Of a stretch of 64,000 nt of DNA, positions 62,156-64,000 are shown one piece after another. The notes under the pieces were generated by a model. That model was not told the origin of the DNA, did no database searches, and was given only the letters and a program-made list of their open reading frames with translations. Within the stretch, counting starts at the first letter, position 1; every line of letters starts with the position of its first letter. The stretch is taken from positions 67,538,190 to 67,602,189 of the forward strand of contig NC_068987.1 in assembly GCF_001194135.2 (NCBI RefSeq), read 5' to 3'. The position numbers were made by a program, and so were the translations under genes. Source of the DNA: Octopus bimaculoides (lineage: Eukaryota).

Positions 62156-64000
62156 TGAAAATCGTGGTATATTTACCAAACATTGATGAACGATGAACAN
62201 NNNNNNNNNNNNNNNNNNNNNNNNNNNNNNNNNNNNNNNNNNNNNNNNNNNNNNNNNNNNNNNNNNNNNNNNNNNNNNNNNNNNNNNNNNNNNNNNNNNN
62301 NNNNNNNNNNNNNNNNNNNNNNNNNNNNNNNNNNNNNNNNNNNNNNNNNNNNNNNNNNNNNNNNNNNNNNNNNNNNNNNNNNNNNNNNNNNNNNNNNNNN
62401 NNNNNNNNNNNNNNNNNNNNNNNNNNNNNNNNNNNNNNNNNNNNNNNNNNNNNNNNNNNNNNNNNNNNNNNNNNNNNNNNNNNNNNNNNNNNNNNNNNNN
62501 NNNNNNNNNNNNNNNNNNNNNNNNNNNNNNNNNNNNNNNNNNNNNNNNNNNNNNNNNNNNNNNNNNNNNNNNNNNNNNNNNNNNNNNNNNNNNNNNNNNN
62601 NNNNNNNNNNNNNNNNNNNNNNNNNNNNNNNNNNNNNNNNNNNNNNNNNNNNNNNNNNNNNNNNNNNNNNNNNNNNNNNNNNNNNNNNNNNNNNNNNNNN
62701 NNNNNNNNNNNNNNNNNNNNNNNNNNNNNNNNNNNNNNNNNNNNNNTCTTATATCTATAATGTTGATGTGTTTATGTGTATGTTGTCACAGATCACATAT
62801 GTGTGGTCGTGTATGTTTTTACGTTTCTATGTTATGAAAAATATGTTAGACGTAGAGGAAAGGTATTAAATGAGAGAGAGGAAGAAGAAGTAAGAGTGTA
62901 AAATGTAACCAAGTTAATCTATGATTTTGTATGTATCACTTTCTCTCTCTCTCTCCCTCCCCCTCTTTTACTCTTACTCTCTATAACAACGCCGGTACAG
63001 GGAGAAGGGAAGGAATATAAAAGCTGCTAGAAACGACAGCCAAATCTCCCTTAAATCACACAAAGTAAAAGGAATTTTAAAAATCTAATTACTGCACTGG
63101 AAAGTTCAGATCGAGAAAATTCCAATTCGAAAAAGTGGAAAATGTGGATTTCTATAAACTTTCAAAAAGGCTTCACACAGACACACAACTTCAGCTTTAT
63201 ATATTAAGATAAATAAGCTGACTCAGTTAAAATTGAAGTAAGGATACACGTGGCTGTATGGATCACAAACAGTATACCTTTATCATATTTCTGACACATA
63301 GTAGGGTGACATTTAGTTAGAATACTGGGTCATAGAATTTCATGTGCAGGTAATTTGACGGGGTTCCAGATTGTTTCTACCTATTCAATCTCTTTCATGC
63401 GGCTTGGCTCGACTCGAAGCTATAGTAGAGGACACCCAAGACAGCATGCATTGAAATGTCACTCAAGTCCTCATAAAAATAAAGTGATAGTTTTAACTAT
63501 TCCGGCATCTAATATAAACGCAGGGAACGGAAAATAAACCAAGGCAACGACAAAATAAAAAGTTTAAAAAATAAGGGAATATATATTTCTGATTCTTGAG
63601 ATAGATATAGTTTTGCGAGATAGAACATTCAAAATACCATATATGCATATGTTTCGTATGTAGAAAACCTAGAATGACGAATTCGATAGAATTAGATCCA
63701 GGCAAGCACAAAATAATAAAGAAATATTTCTTTCTAACACTTGACATAGATATATTTTTGTGAGATAGACATAAAAAATAACATATATCCATTTACTTCA
63801 ATTGCAGGATATCTGCAATGACGAATTCACTATAATGGAATCCATATAAACGCAAATACTTTTTGGGATGGATTTGCACTGAATTTATTAGCGATGTATC
63901 TGGCTAATATTTACTGAAGCACATACTCAATGAAATAAATTTTTATATCAGAAATGATCATTATTTACATTATTTACATTCGACGGATATTTGCCCTCAT

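Noticed and set aside
61990-62160. Repeat array considered as CRISPR-like or as a chromosome end
   Set aside because: No spacers or cas genes, eukaryotic context, and the array is degenerate with ordinary sequence on both sides

Overview
AT-rich, microsatellite-dense, gap-rich eukaryotic draft sequence (about 19 N-runs). The repeat repertoire (tRNA-headed SINEs with GT/TA-rich linkers, RLE-type and RTE LINE relics, very abundant (TA)n/(CA)n/(TATC)n) resembles an octopus or other coleoid genome; this is recognition from memory, not a database hit. I found no supportable host protein-coding gene, rRNA, genuine tRNA or CRISPR array; the window looks like intergenic or large-intron DNA. Supportable content: a decayed Gypsy (Mag-like) LTR element (52939-56772); four Tc1/mariner relics from three catalytic-spacing groups (two DD37D, one DD36E, one DD34E); at least seven R4/Dong-type RLE LINE fragments; decayed Tx1/L1-like ORF1 relics; an RTE-like relic with three C2H2 fingers; a Penelope-like pseudo-LTR; about 15 SINE copies; and a 500-bp fold-back element. 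The best leads are RNA-structural: an HDV-like ribozyme remnant (29630-29720, minus) abutting an oppositely oriented RTE 3' end, a minimal variant hammerhead (40758-40793), a shared 5' fold in two different R4/Dong fragments, and two isolated 57-nt hairpins. I cannot claim a new biological system from this window; all leads need computation. Boundaries of decayed repeats are approximate.
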